This document shows positions 50,385 to 63,027 of a stretch of 64,000 nt of DNA, piece by piece (position 1 is the stretch's first letter; each line of letters begins with the position of its first letter). The notes below the pieces were generated by a model, which ran no database searches, was not told where the DNA came from, and worked only from the letters and a program-made list of their open reading frames with translations. Origin of the DNA: Raja brachyura (lineage: Eukaryota); contig OY740790.1 of NCBI GenBank assembly GCA_963514005.1, forward strand, positions 51,832,001 to 51,896,000, written 5' to 3'. Made by a program: the position numbers and the translations under genes.

Positions 50385-52068
50385 AGAGGTCAGTGCTGGG
50401 ACTCATAAAAATAAATTACTTGGATGAGAATGTAGGTGGTGTGATCAGAAGGTTTGCTGATGACACAAAAATTGGCAGCCTACGGACAGTGAAGGTTGTT
50501 TTCCAAGGATACAGAGGGAGGTAGATCAGCTGGAAAGTTGGACACATTGGTGGCAGATGGAGTTTAATCCAGACAAGTGGGAGATAATATATTTTGGAAT
50601 GTCAAATATTGGCAGGACATATGCAGTAAATAGCAGGAACCTCAAGCGTGCTGATATACAGGGAGGTGGAAACTGGAAAGGATGCAGAGAAGATTTACAA
50701 GGATGTTGCCAGGACTCAAAGGCCTGAGCTATAGGCAGAGGTTAAGCAGACTAGGAACGCTGGAGGATGACGGGTGATCTTATAAAGGTGTACAAAATCA
50801 TGAGAGGAATGGATCGGGTAGACGCAGAGTCGCATGCCCGGAGTAGGGGAATCTAGAACCAGAAGGCATAAGTTTACAGAGAAGAGGGGAAAGATTTAAT
50901 AGGAACCTGAGGGGTAACCTTTTGAAAAGATTTGATAGGCACCTGAAGGGTAACCGTATGAAACGAGCTGCCAGAGGAGGTAGTTGATGCAGATAGTATC
51001 TCAATGTTTAAGAAACATTTGGACAGGTACATGAATTAGACAGAGGAATATGAGCCAATATTAGAGGAATATGGGCCAAACACAAGCAGGTGGGACATGA
51101 TGGGACATGTTGGTCAGTGTGGGTGTTGCGCCGACGGACCCGTTTCCACATTGTTTGACTCTATGAGATCTTGGGGTGCAAACTCATATTTGCCAGAAAA
51201 TAGTGACACAGGTGGATGGGGTTCATGAAGAAGGCATTTGGCATGCTTGCTTTTATAGGCCGAGGCATTGAGGATAACAATCATAATTACATTTTTGCAG
51301 CTATACAAAATATTGATTACATAACACTTGCAATGTTATGTACAGTTCTGGTCACCACTCGACAGGAAGGATGTGGTAGCATTAGAGAGAGCATAGAAGA
51401 CATTCACCAAGCTGTTGCATGGAATGGAGGGCTTTAGATACAAAGAGAGATCGAATAGGCTATTTGCTCTTGCTGGAGTGTAGATGGTTGAGAGATGACC
51501 TAATAAAGTTGTTTTGTTTTGAGATTATGAGGGGCATAGATCGGATATATGGTCCGTATTTTTCTTGGGATAAGGAAACTACAGGGCATATGTTAAAGGT
51601 GAAAGGAAATAAATTTACAGGAGATCTGAGGGGCAACTTTTTTTGCAGAGAGTGCTGGTTTTATGGAACAAGGCGCCAGAGGAGAATGAAGACAGAAACA
51701 ATTACAATGTTTGAAAGGGTATTTGAATAGGGTAGGAGTAGAGGGGGGGTTACACAAAAAGCTGGAGAAACTCAGCGGGTGCAGCAGCATCTAAGGAGCG
51801 AAGGAGATAGGGGTTACACAAAAAGCTGGAGAAACTCAGCGGGTGCAGCAGCATCTAAGGAGTGAAGGAGATAGGCCGTTACACAAAAAGCTGGCGAAAC
51901 TCAGCAGGTGCAGCAGCATCTAAGGAGCGAAGGAGATACAACACTAGGAGTAGAGGGGTACAGGCCTGATGCAGGCAAATGGAATTAGCTTAGAAAGAGA
52001 CATTACGGTCGGCATGGGCGAGTTGGGTCAAAGGGCAAATTTCTCTGCTGGACACTCTATTTCTATGA
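50385..52068 (+). mobile_element. Cluster of CR1 fragments
   Basis: FADDTKIG at about 50453 and two successive CR1 ORF2 ends with 3' UTRs (ending about 51165 and 52068). Confidence 0.82.
51746..51938 (-). repeat. Three tandem ~63-bp copies of a Penelope-like terminal-repeat segment, inside a CR1 tail
   Basis: GTTACACAAAAAGCTGGAGAAACTCAGCGGGTGCAGCAGCATCTAAGGAGCGAAGGAGATA x3; TAGGAGTAGAGGGG occurs on both sides. Confidence 0.85.
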
Positions 52069-52309
52069 CCAAGTAAAATTCTGCGTCAATATTTCCTGAA
52101 CATTTTTTTTTTTTTTTTCCTTTCCAGATTGCAGGGACCATTAGTTATTGTCTGCTGCTGGCAACTCCAGAGTAGCAGTGAGGTGGTGTGTAATTACTAG
52201 GGAGCGAAAATGGAGTAGAGTAGCTGCAAATTATTTACAACAAAATATAAGGGGAATTTAATATACGTTTAAATAGAAATCTAACAAGCAAATAACCTTC
52301 AATGCAGAG

Positions 52310-52545
52310 AAGTAGGAATAGGAATACTTTATTGTCTTGCATACACAATGTAAACAGATAGCAGCCACCTACGGCGCTGGCAAAGTTACAAAGCACGCCG
52401 GCTCCCCCTTTTGCCAACCCCCCCATTCCATTGCAGTTCCCCACATGCCAGGTTCCCATTGTTCTCCCCCCTCCCTATTGTCCATTGTTCTCGCCCCCCC
52501 CCCCTACATCCCTCACGGCGATCCCCCCACGTCGGGTCCTCCATT
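52310..52545 (-). repeat. Unclassified interspersed repeat (second copy at about 20460-20670)
   Basis: Shared GCATAC...GGCG.TG.CAAAGTTACAAAG..C.CCG...GGGTCCTCC; AATAAA plus (ATTCCT)n on the minus strand suggests a retroposon 3' end. Confidence 0.6.
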
Positions 52546-53403
52546 GGTCTTAGTACAGTCTAAGTATAAGGATGCCGTACTGTTTGGAAGATGAATCTTA
52601 CTGGAGTGTAGGAAACCTAGGTTTTCTGGGTATCACATACACAAAGTATTACAGTGACAAAACAAATTAATAAAGCCATGGAAAAGCAAACAAGCAATGT
52701 GGTTAGTTTCTGGAAGAGTGAAACAGAAAAGCAGGGAAGTTGTTAAAATGTGCACGAGTCTCGCTTTTTAGCCACATTTAGAATATTGGGGACATTTCAG
52801 TATCCACACGATAAAAAGGTAAATGAGGTATTGAAGAAAATCCAAACATGCATTCAGTTTAAAGCGATGAAATACAATGCAAAATTAGATCATACATTTA
52901 AACAAAGGAAACTATGATGTTAGGAGAGAAGGCTGTGGTTAATTGGGAGAAAACAATGAAAAACGTGAAAGTGGACAGGCGCTGGTTAGCATTTAACAAA
53001 GTATTGCAAATATTTTCATATATACAGGCATATGTGTGTGTAATCACACATACTGTACATATACACACACATACGTACACATGTTGATCTCTCTGATTGC
53101 CCTTGTGCTGAACCTCCACTACAAACCAGGCTGTTGGCAGAGGCCAACAAAAGATGTAATCTGCTTGTTGACTTAGTCAAAAAATTGGAACAGTGATGTG
53201 GGGGATTATAAACTGGGAGAAGCTAATAAAAGTACATGGAAATAAGTAAGAAGCATAATTCTAATCCACAAATTCCTCTCTACTGAAAATGGACGATGTA
53301 ATCCTCTATAAAAGTTAAAGAATTGTTAAGGTTAAAGTTAAAATATCTTGCAGATTTGTTTTGGAGGCAAAAGATGGCATCAAAGCTTGTTATTATTCCC
53401 TAC

Positions 53404-53502
53404 CTCAAGCTTACAATCACTAAGCCTTGCTGAGGAAGGTCTGTGATTCTTGATCTTTAGCAGTGATTCAGCATCAAACAGGAACTTCTCTTTCTCTTCA
53501 CC
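53404..53502 (-). CDS. Putative host exon (phase 0/0): GEEKEKFLFDAESLLKIKNHRPSSARLSDCKLE
   Basis: Pyrimidine tract plus CTACAG acceptor, GAG|GTAGGG donor, 99 nt open. Confidence 0.6.
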
Positions 53503-53924
53503 CTGTAGCTGAAAGGGACTGAATACAGAAAGAGAGAATGTATACATTCAGCTTCAGAGAACCAACTACATTTCACTATTCCCATTTCTACATGATGTAT
53601 TGACAGTAGCTTTGAACATTTAATTTCCACCTCTTTGATTGTAATTTCCTTGGAAAAATCCTTGCCTGCCCTTTCTCCAACAATATTTCCAAATGGGAAA
53701 TTCACCATTTCAAACAGTTTTGGGGAATATTCATGCTATTTTATATTGTGAAGTTTCCATTTGATTACCTTGATTTCTTAAACCCAATGGCATCCAGGCC
53801 AGGGGATGTTGACATTAGGCCTTTTCCATGAATGCGGATTGGCTTCCTGAAAAACACACACTGGAAGTGAGACCAGGGAGATGCTACGCTGCAGGTCAAA
53901 AATATTGTGAATAACGGTTGCTGA

Positions 53925-54360
53925 TCATAAGGTCATAAGGAACAGGAGTAAAATTAGGCATTTTGGCCCATCAAGTCTACTCCACCATTCAATCATGGCT
54001 GATCTATCTTTCCCTCCTAACTCCATTCTCCTGCCTTCTCCCCACAACCTCTGACACTTGTATTAAACAAGAATCTATCTATCCTGCCTTAGAAATATCC
54101 ATTGACTTGGCCTCCACAGCGTTCTGTAGCAAAGAATTCCACAGATTCACCACCCTCTGACTGAAGACATTTCTACTCATCTCCTTCCTAAAAGAATGTC
54201 CTTTAATTCTGAGGCTATGACCTCTAGTCCTAGACTCTCCTACATATCACACACAACCACTTTATCCAAGCCTTTCACTATTCTGCATGTTTCAATGAGG
54301 TCCCCCCTTCATTCTTCTAAACTCCAGCGAGTACAGGCCCAGTGCCGACAAACGCTCATC
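53925..54360 (-). mobile_element. CR1 3' end
   Basis: Same 3' UTR type as about 35440-35715, 37995-38245, 48710-48935 and 55185-55300. Confidence 0.8.
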
Positions 54361-54608
54361 ATAGCTGCAGGAATGCAAGGGGTTGGCAAAGGAAAAATGT
54401 GACTTGTTACATGTTATTGGCTGCTGTTCCATTAAAGTGAAGGTCCAGAATGCCTGGGAGCAGCTTTTCGGGACACTGAATGCAAGGATGAAGAGATTCA
54501 GGCTCTATCAAAAAGTGGCATCCTATCTTTGTAATTGAATGGAACCAGCCTTTATGAATTGTATTTCAGTGTAAGAATCAATATGGAATAGCGATTAACA
54601 ACCGACAA

Positions 54609-54768
54609 TTGACGAAGGGTCTCCACCCGAAACGTAGTCTGAAGAGAGGTCACGACCCGAAATGTCACCCATTCCTTCTCTCCATAGATGCTGCCTGGCC
54701 CGCTGAGTTACTCCAGCATTTTGTGCCTATCTTTGATTTAAACCAACATCTGCAGTTCCTTCCTACAT
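54609..54768 (+). mobile_element. Penelope-like terminal repeat with tandem-duplicated hammerhead core
   Basis: TTGACGAAGGGTCTCCACCCGAAACGTA followed 2 bp later by CTGAAGAGAGGTCACGACCCGAAATGTC. Confidence 0.75.
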
Positions 54769-55348
54769 GCATGAGGGGAAGGTTGCTTTTGCAATACTGC
54801 AGCTGGAGGTTTCAGAGGTGGCCTTTAATCTATGGCTGGAGTCAAGGACAATAATCAGACTGTAGACAAATTAAATCTGGCACATCCATCATTTCTCATA
54901 TTTCACTGTGTATAAATAAATCACAGAAAAAATACAATTTTATTGCTTTAATATCCATTATTGTGATTATTTATATTATGCAATGACAGCATTGATTACT
55001 CTTCATTTGTTTCCATTAAATGAATTCCCTTGGCACGTTGACCAATATTTCTGTTGTTAAAGCATATATTTGCCTGCCTCTGCAAGTGAAAGGGAATCAT
55101 CTGGTGATGATGTGACTTGTTACTAATCCATTATAAAGCACCATTTATAGAGGTAGGGATACAGAGTGCTGAAATCTAACACGTAATAAGTTCATAAGTC
55201 ACATGAGCAGAATTAGGCCATTCGGCTCATCGAGTCTGCTGCACCATTCAATCATGGCTGATCTATCTCTCCCTCTCAACCCCATTCTCCTGCCTTCTCC
55301 CTCTCCTGCCTACTCTAGGAAAGAGTAACAAGAGAAAGAGCATTTTAC

Positions 55349-55425
55349 CATGTTGTTGCCTTAGTTAGTTTATCAGTTTGTTCAGCAATGCAATTTGTAA
55401 GCTGGGCTTCCAACTCTTTTTGTCC
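55349..55425 (-). CDS. Putative host exon (phase 0/2): GQKELEAQLTNCIAEQTDKLTKATT
   Basis: TTTTCTATTTGTTCTCAACAG acceptor, ATG|GTAAAA donor. Confidence 0.45.
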
Positions 55426-55729
55426 CTGTTGAGAACAAATAGAAAACATATCACACAAAATGAAACACGGGAGAACACCGGCCATTTGGAAAATCTTGCA
55501 GTTGTTAGTGAGTTCAAATATTACGTAGAAAACCGGGATGATTCGGTTCTGTTCCATGTTCCAAATAAACTTAGAAAACTTGGATGATCATTTGACAATT
55601 CAGCCAAAGAATAAACTATTAAAATGTAAGAATGTTGGAGACTTGATCTGAAATGCTATGTTATGATCACAATGACATTGACATTGTGTAATTTAATGTG
55701 GATTTCAGCAATAAACTATTAAAATGCTG

Positions 55730-56530
55730 AGTTGGTAAATTGATTAAGAAATTGGCTTGGTTAAAGATAGTGGTAGAAAAACGTTTCTTCTGACAGGAGG
55801 TCTGAGCAGTGGTGTTCTGCAAAGATTGTTGCTGGGACTGCTGTTATTTGCAATATATGTTTATGAATTAGGTGAAAGTGTAAATAGTCTGATTAGAAAG
55901 TTTGCAGAGGATGTAAAATTTGGTGATGTTATGGAGGGATCTTGGTGTGAAAGTCCATAGTTACCGGAAAGTGGCAACACAGTGAAAGTGTATGGTGTAC
56001 TTGTCTTCATTGGTCAGGGCATTGACTACAAATGTTGGAAGTTCACTTTGCAGCTTTATAAACTTTAGTTAGGCCTTTTGGAGTATTATGTGCAGTTCTG
56101 GTCACCACACTACAAGAAAGGCTTGTGGAGGCTTTATAGTGGATGCAGAAGAAGTTGTCCGAGAAGTTGCCTGGATTGGAACGCACTTACAATAAGGAAA
56201 GGTTGCAGAAACTTGTATTGTTTCCCTGGAGCATTGGAGGCTGGGAGGGGCAATCTGATATGAAAAGTATAGATTAGGGTAGACACAGCCAGTTTTTTTC
56301 CCCAGGGTGAAAATGCCAAATACCAGAGACCATCATTTCAAGGTGAGAAGGGAACGTTGAAAAGATATGTTGTTTTTGTTTGCACAGAGATATCTGAAAT
56401 GCACTATCAGAGGAGGCCATAGAAGCAGATACAATAGTATCATAGAAGCATATGAATGGAGAGATATAAACCATGTGCAAGCAGATCAGATTGGTGAATT
56501 TGACATCATGGTCAGCACAAACATGTAAGC
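55730..56530 (+). mobile_element. Old CR1 fragment
   Basis: SGVLQ..LLG.LLF.IY, KFAED, LEYYVQFWSP. Confidence 0.8.
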
Positions 56531-56941
56531 TATAGAATATGGAAGAGTGCATCACAGGAACAGTACCCTTTGGCCAACAATGTCTGTGCCAAACATGACA
56601 TCAAATTACACTAATCTCCTCTGCCTGCATGTAATCCTGTCCCTCCATTTTCATGTGCTTATCTAAATGACTTTTAAACGCCAGTGTTGAATCTTCTTCC
56701 ACCACCATACCAGACAGTGGATTTCCTAACAATCTCATTCTCTTTCAAATGTGAGTAAATCCTATTGCAAAGAACCTTCTCCCATAGCATCCCACTACTG
56801 TTGTGAGGCTCAAATGCCAACATGTTTCAGAAAACCATTTTATTTCACTTTAACAAAAAAATAATATTTTTGATGTCCCGTAACTTACTGATAATTCAAG
56901 GAGGCTGACGAAGTGAGCAGTCTCCGGTATATGAACAGTTA

Positions 56942-57392
56942 AGGGCCTGTCCCACCAGCATGCGACTGCATGCGGCGAGCGCGACCTAACGTGGTCGCTT
57001 GAGCCCTATGGCCTCACGGGGCCGGTCCCACTTCGATTGCCGGAGCCGTATGGAGTTGTGCGGGGCTGGACCCGACATCGCGCGGGGCTCTGAAAAACTG
57101 ACACTGTTCAAAAATCCCGCGCGGCAACAGCCTGTCGGCCCGCAGCCGCATTGAGGCCGTACACAGCGTCTCGACGGGTGTACACAGCGTCTGGTCGCTG
57201 TACGCAGCGTCTTGACGTTGCGCGATGACATCACCGTCCGACGCCGTGTGACGTCGGCCCGCCTCCTGCCCAGCTGATTGGTGAGTATGATGTCGGGACC
57301 AGCTCCATACGGCTCCGCGAGGCCGTACGGCTCAAGCCGCCACGTTTGGTCACGCTCGCCGCATGCAGTCGCATGCTGGTGGGACAGGCCCT
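56942..57392. mobile_element. PIF/Harbinger-type MITE, family A variant
   Basis: Same TIR with extended subterminal inverted similarity; flanks TTA/TGA; different internal segment with short CAGCGTCT repeats. Confidence 0.88.
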
Positions 57393-58049
57393 TGAAGTCC
57401 CACTGTGGGGTTCTGCCACATGCTGTACCACCCTTTACCATATGGGGCAGTATAGAGCTTGAAAGGAAAACCACCCAGAATGCATGTTGCTGGATTCCTA
57501 CTGAAAGGATAATTTGTGGGCAAATCACCATATGACCTTAGTATCTTGGCCACTGCAAAATAGGTCAATGTTAAAAATCAGCCCTGAACTGAACACCAGA
57601 TGCCACCTGCCATTTTACAGGCTCCAATTTTAAATTGCTCTTTTGGACAGGAGAACATAGGAATGGGTCCTTCAGCCCACAATGTTTGTGCCGAACATGA
57701 TGCCAACTTAAACTGATCTCATCCTCCTATACATGATCCATATGCGTCTATTCCTTGCATTCCCATGAGCCTATCGCAAAGCTTAAATGCCACTATCCTA
57801 CCTGCCTCCACCACCACCACCCCTGGCAAGGTGTTCCACGCCCCCATCACTCTCCCTGTTTAAACATCTCCATTAAACTTTCCCTTTCTCCCCTTATACC
57901 TATTCCGTCAAACATTGAATGTTTCCATCCTGGGAAAAAAAAGGCTCATAATTGTATACACATCCATCAAGTCTCCCCCTCAACCACTGAGAACTGGACA
58001 CTTGGTTGTAATTTATGAAACCACGGGTCGGTCATTCAATTCATCTCAC

Positions 58050-58220
58050 CGTTCCAGATTCTGCAGCAGACGTGATTCTTCTAATGATCTGCGGTTTCTT
58101 TTTCATTTTTCTCTCCGTTTTCGCTTTACTTTCATGTTTGCCTTGTTGAGTCCGCTTACATGATGTTGACCTGGACTGCACGGATGACCGAGAAGACTGT
58201 TGAAATCAAAAGATGCAGTG
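58050..58220 (-). pseudogene. Exon-like segment with one in-frame TGA (58103-58105)
   Basis: TTACTTTAG acceptor, TASFDF...MKVKRKRREK*KRNRRSLEESRLLQNLE, ACG|GTGAGA donor. Confidence 0.5.
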
Positions 58221-58424
58221 CTAAAGTAATGCATTCATATAAAGAATGCAACACATCTCTATATACTCCCAGATGGTAGAACAATGATTGCCTGCTGTCC
58301 ACAAATAGAAAATAAACACAGTCCTTGTATATATCAATGATACATTGGGCATGGAATGTGCATTTTGGAGAACAATGGAACTAAAATGTTGTTATCTCAC
58401 TGAAAATCTGTGGTCATTTAAATT

Positions 58425-59085
58425 CCATGGAACCATCATCAGGGACCTTAAATGGGAGGCCAACATCGACTCCACAGTCAAAAAGACCCAACAGAGGATG
58501 TACTTCCTGCGGCAGCTGAGAAAACATAATCTGTCACAGGCAACGAATGTCCAGTTTTATACGGCCATCCTAGAGTCTGTCCTCACCTTCTCCATCATGG
58601 TCTGGTTTGGCTCAGCCACCAAGCATTACATCCGGAGGCTGCTGTGTATCGTTCGATCAGTCGAGAAGGTTGTTGGCTGCAACCTTCACCCCCCCCCCCC
58701 CCCCCCCCCCCCGCCCCCACACATCGACGAACTGTGCACTGCAAGGGCCAGGAAGAGAGCAGGTATGATCATTTCTGACCCCTCTCACCCTGGCCACAAA
58801 CTCTTTGAAACACTTCCCTCTGTAAGGCGACTCCGGACTGTCAAAGCCGCCACAGCCAGACATAAAAACAGCTCTTTCCACTAACAGCACTAGCACTAAA
58901 CAGCCAAAAGTCTGTAGCTTCCTTTTTCTCTGGTATTTTATTGCATTCTTCACATGTTTAAATTACAGTGTTTAATTTTTAATTGTCTACTGTATATCGT
59001 GTTGTTACTTGCGACCAAAGCACCAAGGCAAATTCCTTGTATGTATACATATTTGGCTAATAAAATGTATTCAATTCAATTCAAA
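58425..59085 (+). mobile_element. Rex1/Babar-type LINE 3' end
   Basis: DLKWEAN...KKTQQRMYFLRQLRK...FYTAILESVLTFSIMVWFG...DPSHPGH; (ATTCA)n tail. Confidence 0.9.
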
Positions 59086-59580
59086 ATAGATTATTCACAA
59101 CACTAAAAATAATGCTACATAAAATTTGGAATTCTGTCATTGTGAGTCTCGAATCTTCAAAAATGGTGAGCAGGTAAACAGCAGAAATAATTAATGTTAT
59201 ATAGCAATTAGCACTTGATGATCAATAAATAATTATCAATAGTTTTAAATAGAGACAAAAAGCCAGAGTCAGGCAGCATCTCTGGAGAAAAGGAATAGAT
59301 GACATATCAGGTCAAGACCCTTCTTCTTCAATAGTCTTAAATCATTACTCAAGGAAACTTAATTACAGGTAGCGAGATTGAACTAATGTTAAATCACCTT
59401 ATATGCCATGAGAAACAATGAGTGTGACTGTGCCACCACAGTCTGCTAAAATGAAAACGGCTGCATTGGTAAATCTTCAAAGTAATCAACATTACAATAA
59501 TTATTAATGAATTCATGGAGGTCCGGTTAAATTGCCAGGAACTATCTTACCACCTGTAAGGAGTATAGCCAAAAAATCAC

Positions 59581-59931
59581 CTGGTTTTCGTTGCTTTGTG
59601 ATTGTACTGTAGAAAATCTCTTTTTGCCTTTTCTGTGCTGTGGGTGTTTGCGAGAAGCACAGATGGGATCTGACTTGCTGGACAGAGAGCACTTTGAATC
59701 AGTATGGTCCAATTCTGAGAGGCAATGATCAAGTGATATGATGGGAATAGTTACTTCAATCACCCTCCTTGATTTGTCTGGCTGTGGAAGCTTCTGACTG
59801 GATCTATTGGCATCTGAAAGCAACAATATTGCATTAGCTTGCTCCATTTCATTCTTCCTTCAACTGCATTTTCTCAGCTGCAGCTCAAACATAGAAGCGT
59901 CTCCAGCATTTATTAAATAATCCATAATATC
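59581..59931 (-). pseudogene. Exon-like segment with one in-frame TGA (59860-59862)
   Basis: CTCACAG acceptor, 117 codons DIMDYLINAGDASMFELQLRKCS*RKNEMEQ...SNENQ, CAG|GTGATT donor. Confidence 0.5.
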
Positions 59932-62900
59932 CTGTGAGTTCTGTATTCAAGATTTGCATTTCTTTTAAAACAGGCACATTTTAATTTCAGTTCAATCCTG
60001 GGCATATTGAGATTTTAAAATGAAAACAGAAAATGCTGGAAAAAAACCATGGGACCAACCTTTGGTAACATTTCAAATCGATGATCTTCGTAGAGTGAAA
60101 TACTCAATTTTTGTCTTCCCAAATGCTGTTTTATCTTTCTTCTCCCTTTGCACTTCCCTGTATCCATTTATCACTTGCCTGGACAAAGCTATGCAAGTGA
60201 TAAGTGTATACAGGTGGGGTTGGAGTGGGGTGTGGGCAGGGGGGGGGGGGGGGGGGGGGGGGTGGAGTGGAGGATGGAGATTGACAGATAGGCAAGTAAA
60301 GGCCAGAGATGAAAAGGAGACAAAATGTTGCTAGATATGGAGAGATAAGATGTGAATTGTGAGACCAGGGGAAGGTACATTGGTGGAAGGGAATGGGGAA
60401 AAGAGAGAAGGGATAGTGGGAGAAATTAGTGCGCATCCAAATGGGACGCAGGGAAGAGCGGTGGGATAGAAAAAAAACTGGGAGGGGGCAGGTTAGGTTT
60501 GGGAACATATGTTGTGGGCAACAAAGTTCTACCAAGGTTGCGTTCAAGCATGGTGCATTTTTTACAACAATCTGCAGCCTCGTGGTCACCATTAATGATT
60601 CCAGTTATTTATACCAGATTTTCTATTCCAGTTACAGTTGAGATTAAGATTAAAGTGCAAATATGCAGTTTTAACATTGGACCAGATAATCGAGGTTGAA
60701 TTTATTTTTAGATGAAGAACATATCTTGCAAAGTTCACTCCAAACATGGATTTGGGAAGGGGGCTAGGGTTCAAGTGGAGGGCACAGAGATTATTTTGCA
60801 AGGAATTATTTTTCAAACTTCGCTGTACATTTTAACACCGCTCTTGTCTCTCCTGATATCTCCGGGATTTCACTTTCCAAAGGTTCAAAACAACATGTCT
60901 GGCTAGGTGGTGAATTTTCTGGCTGCCTGTAGGTGCACAAATAATAGCAATAAATGCATCAGTTCCCCATAGAAGCCATTTTATACCTATTCACAAAATA
61001 GTACCACAAAAGAAAATGCTGGCATCCTTGGACTAATTGTAGCCATTTTCTTTCTATCACACCTTTCCTCATAAGTTATAGATGCATAGAAACATTCCCT
61101 TTGGTCCAACTCGCCCATGCCACCAAGATGCCTCCCTGAATCATGTAAGCTTTATACCACATACAAAGAAATGTTGTAGCTCCAATTCACAAGTTATTTA
61201 GGAATTGCGACAAAAGTTATTGTTTACAATTCTTGTGATGTTCAGGTATTCATCTTATGTAGTATTGCTGGAGTTGCCATCCATGCCATCTAGCACATCA
61301 GCCCTTGCTGAATGATTACTGATAGGCACCTGGTAAAGTGGTTTGCTCTCTGTGCTTCTTCATGGAACCATTGCCAAATATCAAGTTAGGGAGATCATCA
61401 CTTTCACTGATTTATCAGATTTGTGGGTGCTTTATGGTAGCAGGCACCATAAAACAATTTAATAGGAACCGGAGTGGCAACGTTTGCTTTACGGAGGGTG
61501 TTGGGTATATGGAAAGAGCTGTCGGAGCAAGTAGTTAAAAAGGTAAATAATAAAATTTAAAAAACATTTGGACAGGTACGCGGATATGAAAGGTTTGGAG
61601 GGTTATGATCCAACCACAGGTAAATGAGGCATCTTAGTCAGCATGGACAAGTTGGGCCGAAGGGCCAGTTGTATCTTCTGAAGTCACATCTTCAGAAGAT
61701 AGTACTCTGCTATATATAACTATTGTTTGCTCAGCTTGATGGGCCTTTCCAACACCACAGATTCCCACGGAGTAAATGTCCAGGTAGAGTAAAAACAAAC
61801 AACAAAAAATAATAAAGATGAAACACTGATCATTTAAATTAATTCTTTGAAATGATCAACCAACACAGGGCAGGGGATCATTTAGATTTGAAGATGCTTT
61901 AGAAGAAGAAATATAAGAACACATTATAGTGATGCCTATGTGTTAGGTAAACCCCAACCTGTCTAAAGCCCATTAACAGAAGCATGGCCATGAGATAAAA
62001 TAAGCCACGTTGCGACAGGATGGGATTAAACCCTATTCTGCACTGCAAGCCACCTTGGTTTGATTCTCCAGTAAGTAGCTGGTTGAACCAATCCAGGATT
62101 TGCCACTCACATGTGAATCATTGCCAGTTTGGTGAAATACTGATTGCTGAAACCGTTCAAGAGCGTTTTGGAGATGGTCGAAAGGGAAGCAGAGGGAATT
62201 TTTTTTGACACACAGAATTAAGGAATATATTTAATTAGTGATACAATGTGCAGTATTCAAGATTTAATATCTTCATTCTCAATTTTGGTTGATTCTGAGC
62301 TCAGAATTGAGTTTAATGGGGTTTTGTGCTGAGGACATTTTGTTTATTCAGTCTAAGTTTACCATAAAAATACAAGTTGCGTTACTTTTCTTCACTTATC
62401 TGTTCATCCTGCTTTTGAGATAATATAGCATTTTCCATTGAGACAGCAGTTTCAGAAGGGATAACCTAAATGGAAATGTAAAACGTTTAAACTCTTCCAG
62501 TGACAGAAATCCCCATATATATATATATATATCCTTGCTTCCAGAATGCATTCAACATGCTTTGCTCAATAGCTATGCCAATATCAATAGATGGTAAATG
62601 TATACCTTAAATACTCTTTATTATAAGTAGATGTGGTTTTACTTAGCCCGTCTGTTGATGACAAGATTCTCTTTAAACGTTTCCACTTATTTTAAGACAT
62701 CAATATAAATCTTTACAAAATAAGTTAACTTTTATTACATTGACAGAGGAACAATGAGATCACCATATGTTCCTAACTACAAATTATCGCTCTGGTCTAC
62801 GTGATGAATAATTTGAAGGAAAGTTAATTATCATTATTCCCCTGAACACATCAGTGGGGGCAAAGCCATTTGATTTAATTACCCTGTTTTTTGCTTATGC

Positions 62901-63027
62901 AACAAACCAAACAGGAAGGATGGTGGGCATTTGACATCATCCAAATTAAAATGAGGAACCAGTGTAATCACAACTAAACCAGTAACTAGTCCACACAAAT
63001 TTAGAGCAAGAGAATGGTGAATAAACT

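Noticed and set aside
51746-51938. CRISPR-like array
   Set aside because: Units are contiguous with no unique spacers, derive from a retroelement, and the context is eukaryotic.
58103-59862. In-frame TGAs read as selenocysteine or readthrough
   Set aside because: The basic context fits CGA to TGA decay, other tracts have TAA/TAG and frameshifts, and no SECIS was identified.
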